Below, piece after piece: positions 12,249 to 24,903 of a stretch of 64,000 nt of DNA; within the stretch, counting starts at the first letter, position 1; the number at the start of each line of letters is the position of its first letter. The notes beneath the pieces were generated by a model. It searched no databases and was not told the origin of the DNA. It saw only the letters and a list, made by a program, of their open reading frames with translations. The stretch is taken from contig CM022665.1 of assembly GCA_012295275.1 (NCBI GenBank), positions 7,626,001-7,690,000 on the forward strand, read 5' to 3'. The translations under genes and the position numbers were made by a program. This DNA comes from Chrysomallon squamiferum. Lineage: Eukaryota > Animalia > Mollusca.

Positions 12249-13317
12249 GCTTGTTAAATATAATTATTTATATTTTTTGTATTCTATCTTTATACCTTGA
12301 AAATAAAATAATCTACTGCTGTTCTGTGTGATAAAGAGTTCTGTTATTAATAACCATACTGCACGACAAAGCGCTTAGTAAGTGATTTCCAAGTCCAACC
12401 AGTACTCCACAACTTTATCAAATGTGTGTGGCAAGATACATATCAGTTAAAGAAGCCTTAAGTGGCATGTTTCATTTCATTTTCCTTCATGGAAACCACT
12501 GTCAGTTATAAAATTTGAATGTGTCAACGTGAGAACATAATTAAATATGTTTCTGTATCGATAGAAATATGTCAGTTTGGAGTAACAGAGGTTTAGCGAG
12601 CGTCTTCGAAATTATAATGGTACAAATAATATGAACTACAGCAGCAGCACTAGTGGCAGCAACATCGTTAGAAACTGCAGTACTAGTAATAGTAGTAATA
12701 CTATTAATATTAGTAACAGTTGGGGAAATAATGTAACACAAAAATAAATGATGTAAAGAATATCATTAACAGATGACACAGTTACTATGTTAATAACTAT
12801 GGTATACAGTTAAATCCATGTACAAAATGTACATTATAAATATATCAGAAGAGCTGTGACGTTAACGGTTAGTTATTTTCAGCTACTGATGCCTGAAGAA
12901 TAGAACGAGCTCTATATTATCGAAAACAAATGCGTAAAAATGGTCTAATTTGCTTTCGGGGCGAAATATCAACCGAAAATTCAGAATCCCGCGAAGCCGT
13001 AAAACTGTATCAACGTTTGGATGCTGCTAGCAACTAGCAAACAGCCTACAGGCGGATTACATGATGGAAAACGGTTTACTACCAAAAACAAAATGGCGCT
13101 TACAATAATTTCACAAAACTGATGTCGGAATATTCCGAGCTACACTGCCTTAAACCATATTAAGGAATACTAATACAATGCACAAGCACTAAGTAAAATA
13201 TATAAGTGTGTACGATAAATGAAAACTGAAATTTATCGCATTTTATATTACCAGGCGTTGAACATGAACCGTTGCAGTGATGACGTATAAAAGAGAAAAC
13301 TCGCTACTTCACAAATA

Positions 13318-13353
<36 letters not shown>

Positions 13354-15667
13354 ATCGAGTAGGAAGAAATCACCTATATATAGGTATTGCATATACACCT
13401 TACTATAGAAATGAAGCATCTAAACATCTGACGGAGCATTGGTTGGAACGGTACATTCTACCGTCGCTATTCAAATAAGTGTTGTATTTATATCAGTGAC
13501 CTTTATCTGGTTACTATGATTCGTGTAATGCACGAAGACATTAATATCCCTTCCGCTGTTGTATTTGGGAAATCTTAACCACATTTAGCATTACAAATCA
13601 CACAAACAAAGCATCTGATGTTTTTAATTTTGACTTTATCAGAACTGGGGACCAGTGTGACCTTTCTACCTCTCATGAGTTGATCGTACAACAGGGACTG
13701 CACAGTTCAACACAACAACGAAACATTGGGACATGGTGGAAACTACAAGGATATTAAAACCAATGGCAGATCACAGCAACAAACGTACTGTGGCTCTACA
13801 GACAACGTGATATACAACAGCGTCTGTCTCTCGATCTCGTGTTCATTGTGGTGCATGATTAGCAATCAAAAGGAACAGTACTTGACCTCTTTTCAAAACA
13901 GTTTTATTTGCCGGATAATGAACATGAAATAGATATTAACCGTGATCATAAACATGGGTTATGTATGATTATGTTCTAACAAGTATCTCAAAACGCTTGT
14001 GACCAGACATGTTAAGGATAGACAATATGTGAATTTTTGCACCTTAAAGAAGAAATTCCTCTTGTAACAAGAGCATTTTACATTCATAACAAAAAACAAA
14101 AACAAAAAAATCAAAAAAGATATAATAATAATAATACTAATAATTATTATTATTATTATTATTATTATGATTTTAATTTTTTTTTTAATTTTTTTTTTTC
14201 AAATCGCTGTCCTTTTAATACAAATAATAGCAGTAGGAAGTACAATAACATTAATAATACAACAATGATACGCTACAAGCAATAACGGTAATAATAATAC
14301 GACGATAACGATGGATATAACGATAATAATAGGGATGTACAGAATATATGTAAATCATATCAACGGGAACATGAAGAAATATCTACTCATTAAAAGAATT
14401 AAGCATTTCTTCGATCCACGACACCAAGCGGCAATAAGATTTCCACACACCTGCTCTGGACACTGGCTCTTTTAAGCAGCTGAACATGAACAAATCCCTC
14501 AAGATTTTGCATTAAAAGCGATGGACAGACCCACGCTTCTTGTTGTGTTTGATATAGTACAAACGCATATACGAGTTAGCAATACAAAACCCAAAATCGA
14601 TGAAGCCTGGTGCATAGACAACGGGATGTAGCAACAAGTTGTGATTAATGTGGGAACCAGACCAGTCATAATTAGATTTCTTAATCATACGTATCTCGCT
14701 TTCTCTCGATGCATACGCCTACTAAATGCCGCTGTTGCCCTGTGTTGGCTACTGAGAGAAATAACAAATTGATGTCTTTGTTTATATCGCTAGATATAAA
14801 ATTGTTTATGGGCAGTTGCCCAAATTAGTGGAATATGTGTGTCTATATATATATATTTATATATATATATATATATATATATGTAGGATATTTTGGTATA
14901 TGTTTGTACATACATGTACATATTTGTGTATGCCTGTTATATATGTAAATATGTTACAGTCAATAATAGTTAATGGATATAATTCACCTTCATATATTAA
15001 GTGCAATATAAATTTAAAAAAAAAATTAAAAACAACAAAAAACATTCAGATATTTCAGTAAAATATTCTGCAATATTAACAATTAGATCATTGTGATTGT
15101 CTCGATCTTTCAAGGCAGTTAACTTGTCTCCGCTTCGATTATTTTGTTACCAGACCATCAACAATGATTTTGCGCACACTAAGTAGTTTTATGAGTTTGA
15201 TTAGCATAAAGTCAACACTATTTGAACACGATGCGTATCACGAGTGAACAATTCAGCAAGCCACACACACGAGCGTGATACGTGCATGACAGAAAGGTAA
15301 CTTTGTTCGCCAGCTGAATGTTTACCTTCAAGGCTGGTTTAGTTTTTCATCACATGCTTATATCCCTCTAAATTTACAATAGCGTTGTTTGTTTGTTTTT
15401 TTTTTTTTTTTTTTTTTTTTATGCTGTGACCAAATTAGTGCGTTTAAAAAGGGTTGACAGAAGCGTCCACCCGAAAATGTCTCGAGGAGTCACCACGTCG
15501 ACGTCTGACGTTTTAAAAGAGGTTCAGGAACGTCACTCGTAGATCATACGTCTGAACCGTGCTCCGATCTGATATCTTCTTTGGTTGAAATTCCGTTTTA
15601 TATCAAATGTTATTTACTAAGGATATCTCGGAAGAAAATTTTAGTGGGTGTGTTGTGTGTTTCTGTA

Positions 15668-15716
<49 letters not shown>

Positions 15717-17022
15717 ATTATAAATACTTGAACTAAACTGGATATCTGTTAAATTCGCGATTTTTAGTAATAATTTATGTGCAGCCTATTGTTATAAAGT
15801 TATAAATAAATTATTTTCATTATGCACATTAATAACGGACAAAGAACGAGCAGTAAGGTATGTTTCACGTGACAGCTTTTGAGTATAATATAAACTAGCA
15901 TGAAGGTAACAGCTAGGATCTTAAGTTCTGAACAAGTTAATACTGGTTAGTCTTGCATTATATTTCTTGATTATCCTTTGATCAGTTGACGCCTTGTTAA
16001 GTGCTTGTGCGTGTTCGTATTATAGATAGTTTCAGATCAGGTCACAGATCAACTTGAGTAGCGGGTCTGCACGATAATATGATAATTTAAACCAGCACAG
16101 CTTATCTCTGATAACATCATTCACCGTGAGATTCTCCGTTTATCCAGTAGGTTTGAAGTGTACGCCTGTATGTATGAGTGAATGAATGAGTGTGTGTGTG
16201 TCTGTGTGTGTGTCTGTGCGTGTGTATGACTGAGTTTATGTAGGTGTATGTACGTGTGTTATAACAACTACAGTGACCAGCGACATATCCAAATACTTAT
16301 TTTAAAAATTCATGTTATGTTATTATTGTATCTTTTCAAACCTATCTCTTACACAGTATTATGCACAATTTTCATCTTAACTACCACTCGAATTTGTTTA
16401 GATTTTGATATTGCAATTAGTATCGTTATTTGTATGTACATACATACACATAAAAATAAATAAATACGTATTTTAAAAACATTCTTTATGTTCCTTAAAA
16501 GTGAAACACGCAATAAAGCTATTCTTTGACTTCTCTTCTGAGTCCGAAATACCCAGTTAAAGTTATTTGTTGCTGAGGCTTCAACAAGGAATCGTTGTTA
16601 AACTTCTTGGAGTGTCTACTTAGAAAGTTTGAAAGAAAATCTTAAATCCCTTACGGCAATCAATAGCGTGCTCGATCTGATTACATCACAGACCGAACTC
16701 ACAAATCCCATTCATAATGTCCAGACATTCAGACTGATGAATTTGCCACTATCTCCGAGTCATCTCTGTGCACAATCGAACGCCAGTTTGTTGTGGATCA
16801 TGGTCAGTGGACAATTGGCTAAATAGCTGAAAGTTCTCTCACAAATAATGACCGACCTCGACGTCTTGGTTCCTTTGTGGTCTAGTCACAGAGTGCCTGA
16901 CCCAGCCTCAATCTAACTTGGACCACGATGATTACATGCTAACTATCCCTTTAGCCTATTTTCCAGATTATTAACTTACATATTTTCCTGTTTTTAAACT
17001 GGATGTTTTGCCCTTTATGCCT

Positions 17023-17071
17023 CGTAAGACAAATAATATAATAATCACAGCCATACTTTATGACTAAATGT
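17023..17071 (+). repeat. ~50-bp direct repeat, copy 1 (copy 2 at 18049-18098)
   Basis: cgtaagacaaataatata-ataatcacagccatactttatgactaaatgt versus cgtaggacaaacaatataaataatcacagccattctttatgaccgagtgt. Confidence 0.85.
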
Positions 17072-18048
17072 CTGTGAAGCTTTAAGACAAGAAGGATTAT
17101 TGAAATCTTGAATATTTTATTGGCAACAGCAATATATACAAAATATATGGATTTATTTCGTGATTTGCTTTTTATTTCTGCCGTTTATGTTTGACTGATA
17201 TGACGCCCGGTATTGTGCAGTATAGAACAGAAACCGTCAATTGTAAAATATATTATCGCATTTACAGCAACCCCACAATTCAAAACAAACCTTTTATAGG
17301 GTGACTTGTCGTGTTAAAATTGAGATATCCACTGTTCGATCCGGCTGCCTTTTTAAAACTGTCTCAAATTATTATACATAGGTGTATGCTGGAGTGTTTG
17401 GAATATACGTGTTAGCTGTGTGCAACTGTACACGAGTGGATAATCACCTGGACAAGTTTATTATCTCAACAGTTGGTTGTACTTCCTGACATATGGCAGT
17501 TTATAGAATCTCTCGCTACGATGGTTCAACGCGTCCATCTTAGAAACCAAATAACCCAAATGATTTTCAGCATATTTTCTTTTACAACACTCATTTATAT
17601 TTCGGAGCAAGCGCAGGAAATATTTGTGCTGACAGTTTATCTAGATATTTGTCCTATATGAAATGTATAAGTGAATATTTCTTTTTGACGAATTTGATTT
17701 GAAAATCATTATGACAACATAGCTTGGTCATAATGGACTATTTATTTAAATTTAACTCACAAATGGCCAGTTTGATTTTAAAAATTTATATATTTTTTTT
17801 TTATTTCACTTGTGCTCCAATTTATCTGCAAAAGGTTAAAACATATACAATATTTAAAAAAAAATTGTTTCTTATTTATTCGAGTAACTAAGACTATTCA
17901 TATTTACTGTTCAATGGCATGGCTAGCGTGTAAATAAAGATTATCTTTTTTCTTTCTATTATTAAAAAAAAAAAAAAAAAAACATAAATAAAAAAAAAAT
18001 AAAAATTTCATAAACTGTAAAGTTTTTAAAGGCATTTCTCAAATAAAA

Positions 18049-18098
18049 CGTAGGACAAACAATATAAATAATCACAGCCATTCTTTATGACCGAGTGT
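18049..18098 (+). repeat. ~50-bp direct repeat, copy 2
   Basis: Aligns to 17023-17071 with a few substitutions and one indel. Confidence 0.85.
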
Positions 18099-18786
18099 TC
18101 TTATCAAACGAGTCTGGAAAACGAAACATTTATCATTCCACGACAGAGACACGATGGTGTGCTGCTCTTTCTTGTTTCACTTCAGTCATAAGTAATTAGA
18201 ACTATTTGATTTCAAATACCATCGTGTTATTTTTAAACTTTCATGAAAGACGTAATCACAAAAAAACCTTAAAAGTGTGAAAAAACAGACGTGTACAAAT
18301 TTGAGAAGGTTTCTTCGAGTGAACAGATAAATAATATATAACGCTGTAATCTTGCATGCAGGCACGCACAAATGTGGACATGTAACACCATGAAATACAC
18401 GCACAGACAGACAGACAGACAGACACACACACACACATTTACACGCAATCAGGCAAACACTCAGACATCTGCATACAAAATACATTCAGATAAATTATTT
18501 CGTACAGATGGACAGACTGTGGACATTCAGACAGCAAGAAGGTCAGATGAAATAGATTTCGTAGTACGTGTAATTATCACACAGTTTTAAGGTTATTGTG
18601 TTTTTCTGGTAAAGAAAACATAAATAGCGGTTGTACGTGTTATGAAGTTTTATCCGCCTAATAATTTACCTTCAGTGCATCATGTGTGGTTATCGGAACT
18701 GTGCAGCATATACACATTCCCAGGAGGGGAAATGGTAAAACACCAGATGGTTTGAAACAAATGTAGGTGTTTTTCTTTCGTTGTTC

Positions 18787-18837
<51 letters not shown>

Positions 18838-20162
18838 GTAGTAGTTTTTTACTGGTTCTTTCATGTTTTATCATTATTTTTCACATGCAAAGCTTTGGTG
18901 TTTGCAACAAAAAAAAACAGTAGCATATACACTAGTCTTCTTGAAGGGCATATGTATCCGTATTGATTTTGTATTTTCTACTAATGATTCTGTGTGTCTG
19001 CATAACTGTGTGTGCCTCTGTATCACAGAAATAAAGAGAAATACAAAGTACACGAGTACCAGGTTTGTTTCTCTCGTTAACTTTGTAATCATATAATCAT
19101 TAATAGTCCAGAAGATTTTAAAATAAATATTATACAATAATCAGTCAATCAACTACTGAGTCCGTCAGTTTGTTCGTCTGTCTTTCAGTTAGTCACTGTG
19201 TCTGTCATTTGTGTAGTCAGCATGTTCAGTCAGACATAAGTCACAAAATCTAGCAGCCCGATTTGTGACCGCCTTTCCTGTTTCGAGTTAAAATATACAA
19301 AAACAGTGATTTCACAACAAATCTGTTAACATTTGATCGAATAACAATACTTGATGCACTATTGGCAAATGTTATTAACAGAAATTAAAACTGCCGATTA
19401 AAAAATTGTTGAAAAAACCCCAATCATAATTAATATAAAACGTCAGTCTGATGTAAGATAAAAAAAATATATATATAATCCCAACGACAGTTTCTGTCCT
19501 TGGCTGATGATCAGTAGATTGAAGCCATCAAACACAAGAAGAGAAGCAGACAACGTTTAAGAAGTTTCCTGGCTGTATAAGTCAAACACAAAGCTTTATT
19601 CAGATGAAACCAATTCAATTTCAATGTCACGGTCGCCCGCCTCATTTTGTAGTATTTTATGGTTTTTCTTTCTTTGAGTGAATCTGATTTGGTTTATTTC
19701 CTGCAGAAAGAGGGGAAAATGTATCTCATGAAGACATCAATAGGAAAATTGTGCTAATGACTCGAATTGGGCAGTAATAACACTGAAATTATCGGATGAC
19801 TCGGCAAGGAATTGATATTAATACTTGGCCTTTGTAGCCATTCCAAATAAATACCGTTATGAATCAATTCTGGGCGTATTATTGTATGATATGTGATTTT
19901 CCTTTCAAGTGACAGAATCGAATCGGAAATAGTGCATCCATGTAATCATAATAATGTTACGTGTGGCCTGAAGGAAAAATAAGAGAAAAATCTCTCTCTC
20001 TCTTTTTTTTGCATGTGCATTAATTTAGACACATACACCAAAATAAATTCATAAACACTTTCTTTTTCCTTATTTCACACATTTCCTTTTTCTCTTTTTT
20101 TAATCTTTCTCCACAGGCGTATACATAAAATTTCGCTGTCCTCGTTTTCTGTAAATGTTATT

Positions 20163-20348
<186 letters not shown>

Positions 20349-20934
20349 TTACATCAAGGACGCAGACCTTGCTCTCGCCTTGTTTACGTTAGAAACTCAG
20401 CACGCTACTCTTCCGATTCTGAACATTTAGACGTGAATGTTTTTGACTTACATCTGAACTGTAACTTCTGAATGTTTGTTGAATACAGGTTGAAAACACG
20501 TGCATTTGGACTCAGTTACTGCTGCTTAAAAAGCGTCCCTGGTTAAAAGCTGCACAAGGCAATTATTTTAGCAATTTTCCATCTGTTGAAGACCTTTAAT
20601 CAAGCAGAATGGAGATTTTCAAACAGACGCCATCAAAGGAGATGGTTTGTTTCAGGGTAGCACATGGGATGTTCGACATTCCGTAATGTGTTTAAATGTG
20701 TAATTCATTTAAACTTACCTAGACCTAGCGGATCTTTGGCTACGCGAATATATAAGATGCTGTTGCTTAAAGAAAGCCGTGGCTTTTAATTGCGGTGACA
20801 GGTGGTTCCAAATAACTTGTTTAAAACTGACTTATCGCCAAACAATTAGTAAAAAGTAGCGAATTTTTTCAGCCGTAACAGACATTACACATAACATAAT
20901 TAGACATCTGTGAACTGGTAACACCATGAAATAT

Positions 20935-20973
20935 ATATACATATATATGTATGTATTTATGTTTGTATGTATG

Positions 20974-21004
<31 letters not shown>

Positions 21005-21060
21005 GTATGTCTGTGTAAACACACACTGACAAGCACATATATACATACATACATACATAC
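20935..21060. repeat. (GTAT)n followed by inverted (ATAC)n microsatellite
   Basis: (GTAT)n at 20965-21003 and (ATAC)n at 21041-21060. Confidence 0.95.
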
Positions 21061-22428
21061 TTCAACGTTATGTGCCATTTAATTAAAAATAAAATCAATT
21101 GAAATAATATATTTGCTAAACAGCTTTAAATTAGAACAATAAGAGTAGCAAATGTAATTTGTACCACGGTTAAAATAAAGTTTAATAATGAAATAAATTT
21201 GATTATTTTAAAATAAAGACTGACTAGTAGAGAAAAATATGCTTCAGATTTTACGTGTGTTTCAGTTAAATGTTCAAATTTATATATGCGATTTTATTAT
21301 ATTATTATTATTATTATTTTTTTTTTTTTTGATGTATGTTTTCTTTTACTTTCCAGACCGGATTCTGTTATCTACATATCAAAAAAAATAACTTATAATA
21401 AAAAAAAAATCACTGACTTTCTGTGACAAGTCTATTACTTCGGTTCTCCTTTCTGAAATCTTTTCTTTTCGGAATTAATGTGTTCTTGAGGAAGATGTAA
21501 TTTCCATTTTAAGCACTGTCAAAATATTATCTGATTTATTTGAATTTAATGCGAGTCTTTCTATATCGAGTATAAATTGAATTTCGGCAATACATAGCTG
21601 TGGTACAATTACCATTCTTGTTCTTTCTCAGCTAATTACACAAAGAATATTCCTGCTAGAGGACGCCACGAAGGGCTGCAGAAAACAGACATTCTGATGA
21701 AGATTGTTTGTTTCTACCCCCTCTGGCGGCCCAGAGATCCTCTCTCTGGTTCTGTAAGCACACACCATAAAACCAAGATCAATACATGCGTTTGCCTCTT
21801 ACAGTCCTACCCTAACGGAATCGCAATGTGCTGTTTGCCAACTTTTTAATAAAAGCCAATCCTCTTAACTACAACAAGTGAGGTTGATTATTCCGGCAAT
21901 CACTCCATGGCTAGGACAAATTGGCGTATGGTTATGTTCGAGTGTATGTGCTTAAAATGTTAAGATTTCTGAGAGAAAAAACATGAAAGTCAATTACGAA
22001 AACAATTTTCCCTATCTGGGTAAATATTATATTTGACGGACAAGACGCTATGTCTGTAATGGAAGCCTTTGGCATTGTTTGCAGAAGTTTTCACGTCTTT
22101 GTTTCCACTGTACCACATCGTGTGATGCACTCTAAAAAGTCTATGCTGTATTTGGCTAGAATTTGTTTTGTTTTTTTTTTGGGGGGGGTGTTCTTTTCTT
22201 TTTGGGGATAATTTGAGATGCCTTTTATAACATGGAACAAAATAACATGACGTTTTGTGTTAAGGATTACGTATTGTCTACAAAATATTATGCAGGACAG
22301 TTGTGCTAATAAGTTGCAAAGCTTAATTTTAATACTTCAGTAATGAAAAGATCCATGTGAGACATAGTCCGAATGAAAACTGTTAAATCTAGAATAAAAT
22401 ATATTTGTTAATATTTTATTTTATTATA

Positions 22429-22488
<60 letters not shown>

Positions 22489-23079
22489 TTGTTATGGTAG
22501 GAACAGATAATATTCTTTGAGTTTTAACATATTAATCATAATAACATTCTTATTAATTGTAAATAATACTTCACTTAATGTGGTTTTTCCTCTTTCTTTT
22601 TATATTATTTTCCATCCCAACATTCATCTGTTCAAAGAAGTGCATTCGGTACGATTAAGACCCTCAAACAATTTCAGTTTTTTTGTATTTAATATTTTAT
22701 TGCTTTGGCGATGCTGTTTCATTTGTCATGTTCCCTGCACTTCTCCGCTCTGACTAATTTATAAACATCATAACTTAAGAGATATGTGGCTAAGTGAGAT
22801 TTAATGGTCTATAATTAGAATTCGAAATTCGCTGATATCTGTTGAGAACGAAAATGAGCGTCCTGAAATTCATTACGATGGCCTCTACGGCTCGTTTAAC
22901 TAATTTAATGTTCTCAGATTACTCGAGGTCAATAAAACATGTTTTGTGTTTAATCATCGCTTTTTATTATTAATTTTCTAATTTTTAAATTAGTTTTTTT
23001 TACTCTTTTTTTTTACAGTAAAGTACACGAAGAGACAGAACAGTCAGATTCAGGGAGAATGTGTGTGTGTTTGAGTGTT

Positions 23080-23130
<51 letters not shown>

Positions 23131-23574
23131 GTGTGGATATGAATAAGGGAGAGAGACAGGGGGACGGGCAAGTAGTCTGACAGAAGCACACACTCACGGG
23201 CAGGCTGACCCGCACGAGCCCACCCAACCAAAAAGAAACATATACATGCAACCCTTCTAGTTTTACCATTTGTTATGAAAGGCAATTTAGGCTTTGAAAA
23301 GCGCAATTAAAGAGGCATGTGGCATTGATTATCTGCACACTTAAATAAGCAAATGCGTTATGGATTTAGTGGAATTCATCCCCTTGTAGCTTCCTGCTGG
23401 AGTTCCCCACTGTAATATCTTATCACACAAGGTGATCGATTGGAAAACTAACACAGACCCTAATTGAGATCCTGGTACAGTTTATTTCATACTGTAAAAG
23501 TACACAAACCCATCTGTGTCGCTGTGTGTAATTTCCTCAGATGTTGGAAGTTAGAAAGCTTAGAAATATATAAA

Positions 23575-23792
23575 TGCATATATATGCATACACGTATACA
23601 CAGCTATATACATACATACATACATACATACATACATACATACATACATAATACATGCATACACATATGCACAGCTAAATACACACACACATACATACAT
23701 ACATACATACTTGCATAAATACATACATACATACATAATACATATATATACATACATGCATGCATGCATACATACATACATAATACATACAC
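23575..23792. repeat. Compound (ACAT)n/(CA)n microsatellite
   Basis: Read directly; the sub-unit catacataatacat recurs three times. Source of the MYVC/YIHT ORFs. Confidence 0.95.
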
Positions 23793-24099
23793 ACTTTTTG
23801 TTTATATTACATATTTAATTTCGTAGAGACAACAACCATTTAGTACATCTTCGTTATTTAACATTATAGCTTGCAATAAAATATCTTTTCAACATTTACG
23901 CATACGTTAAAGATACTTGAGCTCAGCTCTCTTCTCTTTTCGAAATATACATCTTCACATATCCCTTTTTTTCTTCTTTTCTTTTGTTTGTTTTTTAAAT
24001 ATTCTGCTACATGAGAAGTGTTAAAAACACTTCACACTTCGTCTGCACCGGGTCCCTCGTCTCCGCAAACTCGTCAACAGTTTAGACTTTTTTTTCACC

Positions 24100-24165
24100 A
24101 TGCAGCAAAAATTTGAAGAAATGGCTGATATCATTAAAAGTGACAAGATGACGGATCTCACTATG
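24100..24165 (+). CDS. Candidate first coding exon (MQQKFEEMADIIKSDKMTDLTM)
   Basis: caccATG Kozak-like context, 22 protein-like codons, then ATG|GTATTT (weak donor, phase 0). Unspliced, the frame stops after three further codons. Confidence 0.2.
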
Positions 24166-24338
24166 GTATTTGTATGACTGACTAATGGTGATATACTCCT
24201 GGGATCGTGCGGATGTACATCGAACAGGCTTACTCCATTTGGTTCGATTCTCGTGGGTGGATGGCTTATGTCATCACATTTCGAAACCAAGAGTAGAACA
24301 ATGTCCTGCGCATCATCCTAATTCTGCCAGTGAATTTC

Positions 24339-24370
<32 letters not shown>

Positions 24371-24380
24371 TGTCTTACAG

Positions 24381-24389
24381 CTGCTGCCA
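24381..24389 (+). other. Candidate 9-nt micro-exon (CTGCTGCCA)
   Basis: Poly-T tract + gtgtcttacAG|CTGCTGCCA|GTAAGA; frame-preserving length. Confidence 0.25.
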
Positions 24390-24856
24390 GTAAGAATCTT
24401 AGAATTAATCTTGTTTTCATCTCGAATATTATAGAGGCATAATTTGTGTAACCTGCATGGTAATCATCTGAAGCTGGTTTCAATCAGTCGCACATCAGAG
24501 AACATGTTACATAGATCAAAACAGTTATTATACACGTAGAATATATCTTAGGGAGAAATATATTGCTTAACGAGTGCCCAAGACAGGCCTGCTTCAAACG
24601 TTTATAATGAACGTAGGGCAATAACTGCTTACTACCTCTGATAATCTATGTTCAGTGATATTTGATCTAAGATGCTTAAAAGATCTGCCAAGTAAAGCAA
24701 GCAAAATATTATAAAAAATATCCAGTCATTAGATTTTATTACAGTGTGATGATAAACATATAATAAAAAAATAAAAAAAAAATAAAAAAATTAATGTTGT
24801 TTTTTTCGCATTAAATTAAATATAACTATTTTTGCTATGGTATGTGTAAATAATAA

Positions 24857-24903
<47 letters not shown>

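Noticed and set aside
17043-17064. miR-2/miR-13-like sequence ATCACAGCCA (also at ~18071)
   Set aside because: The seed matches, but no upstream GGCTGTGA-containing arm exists, so there is no precursor hairpin.
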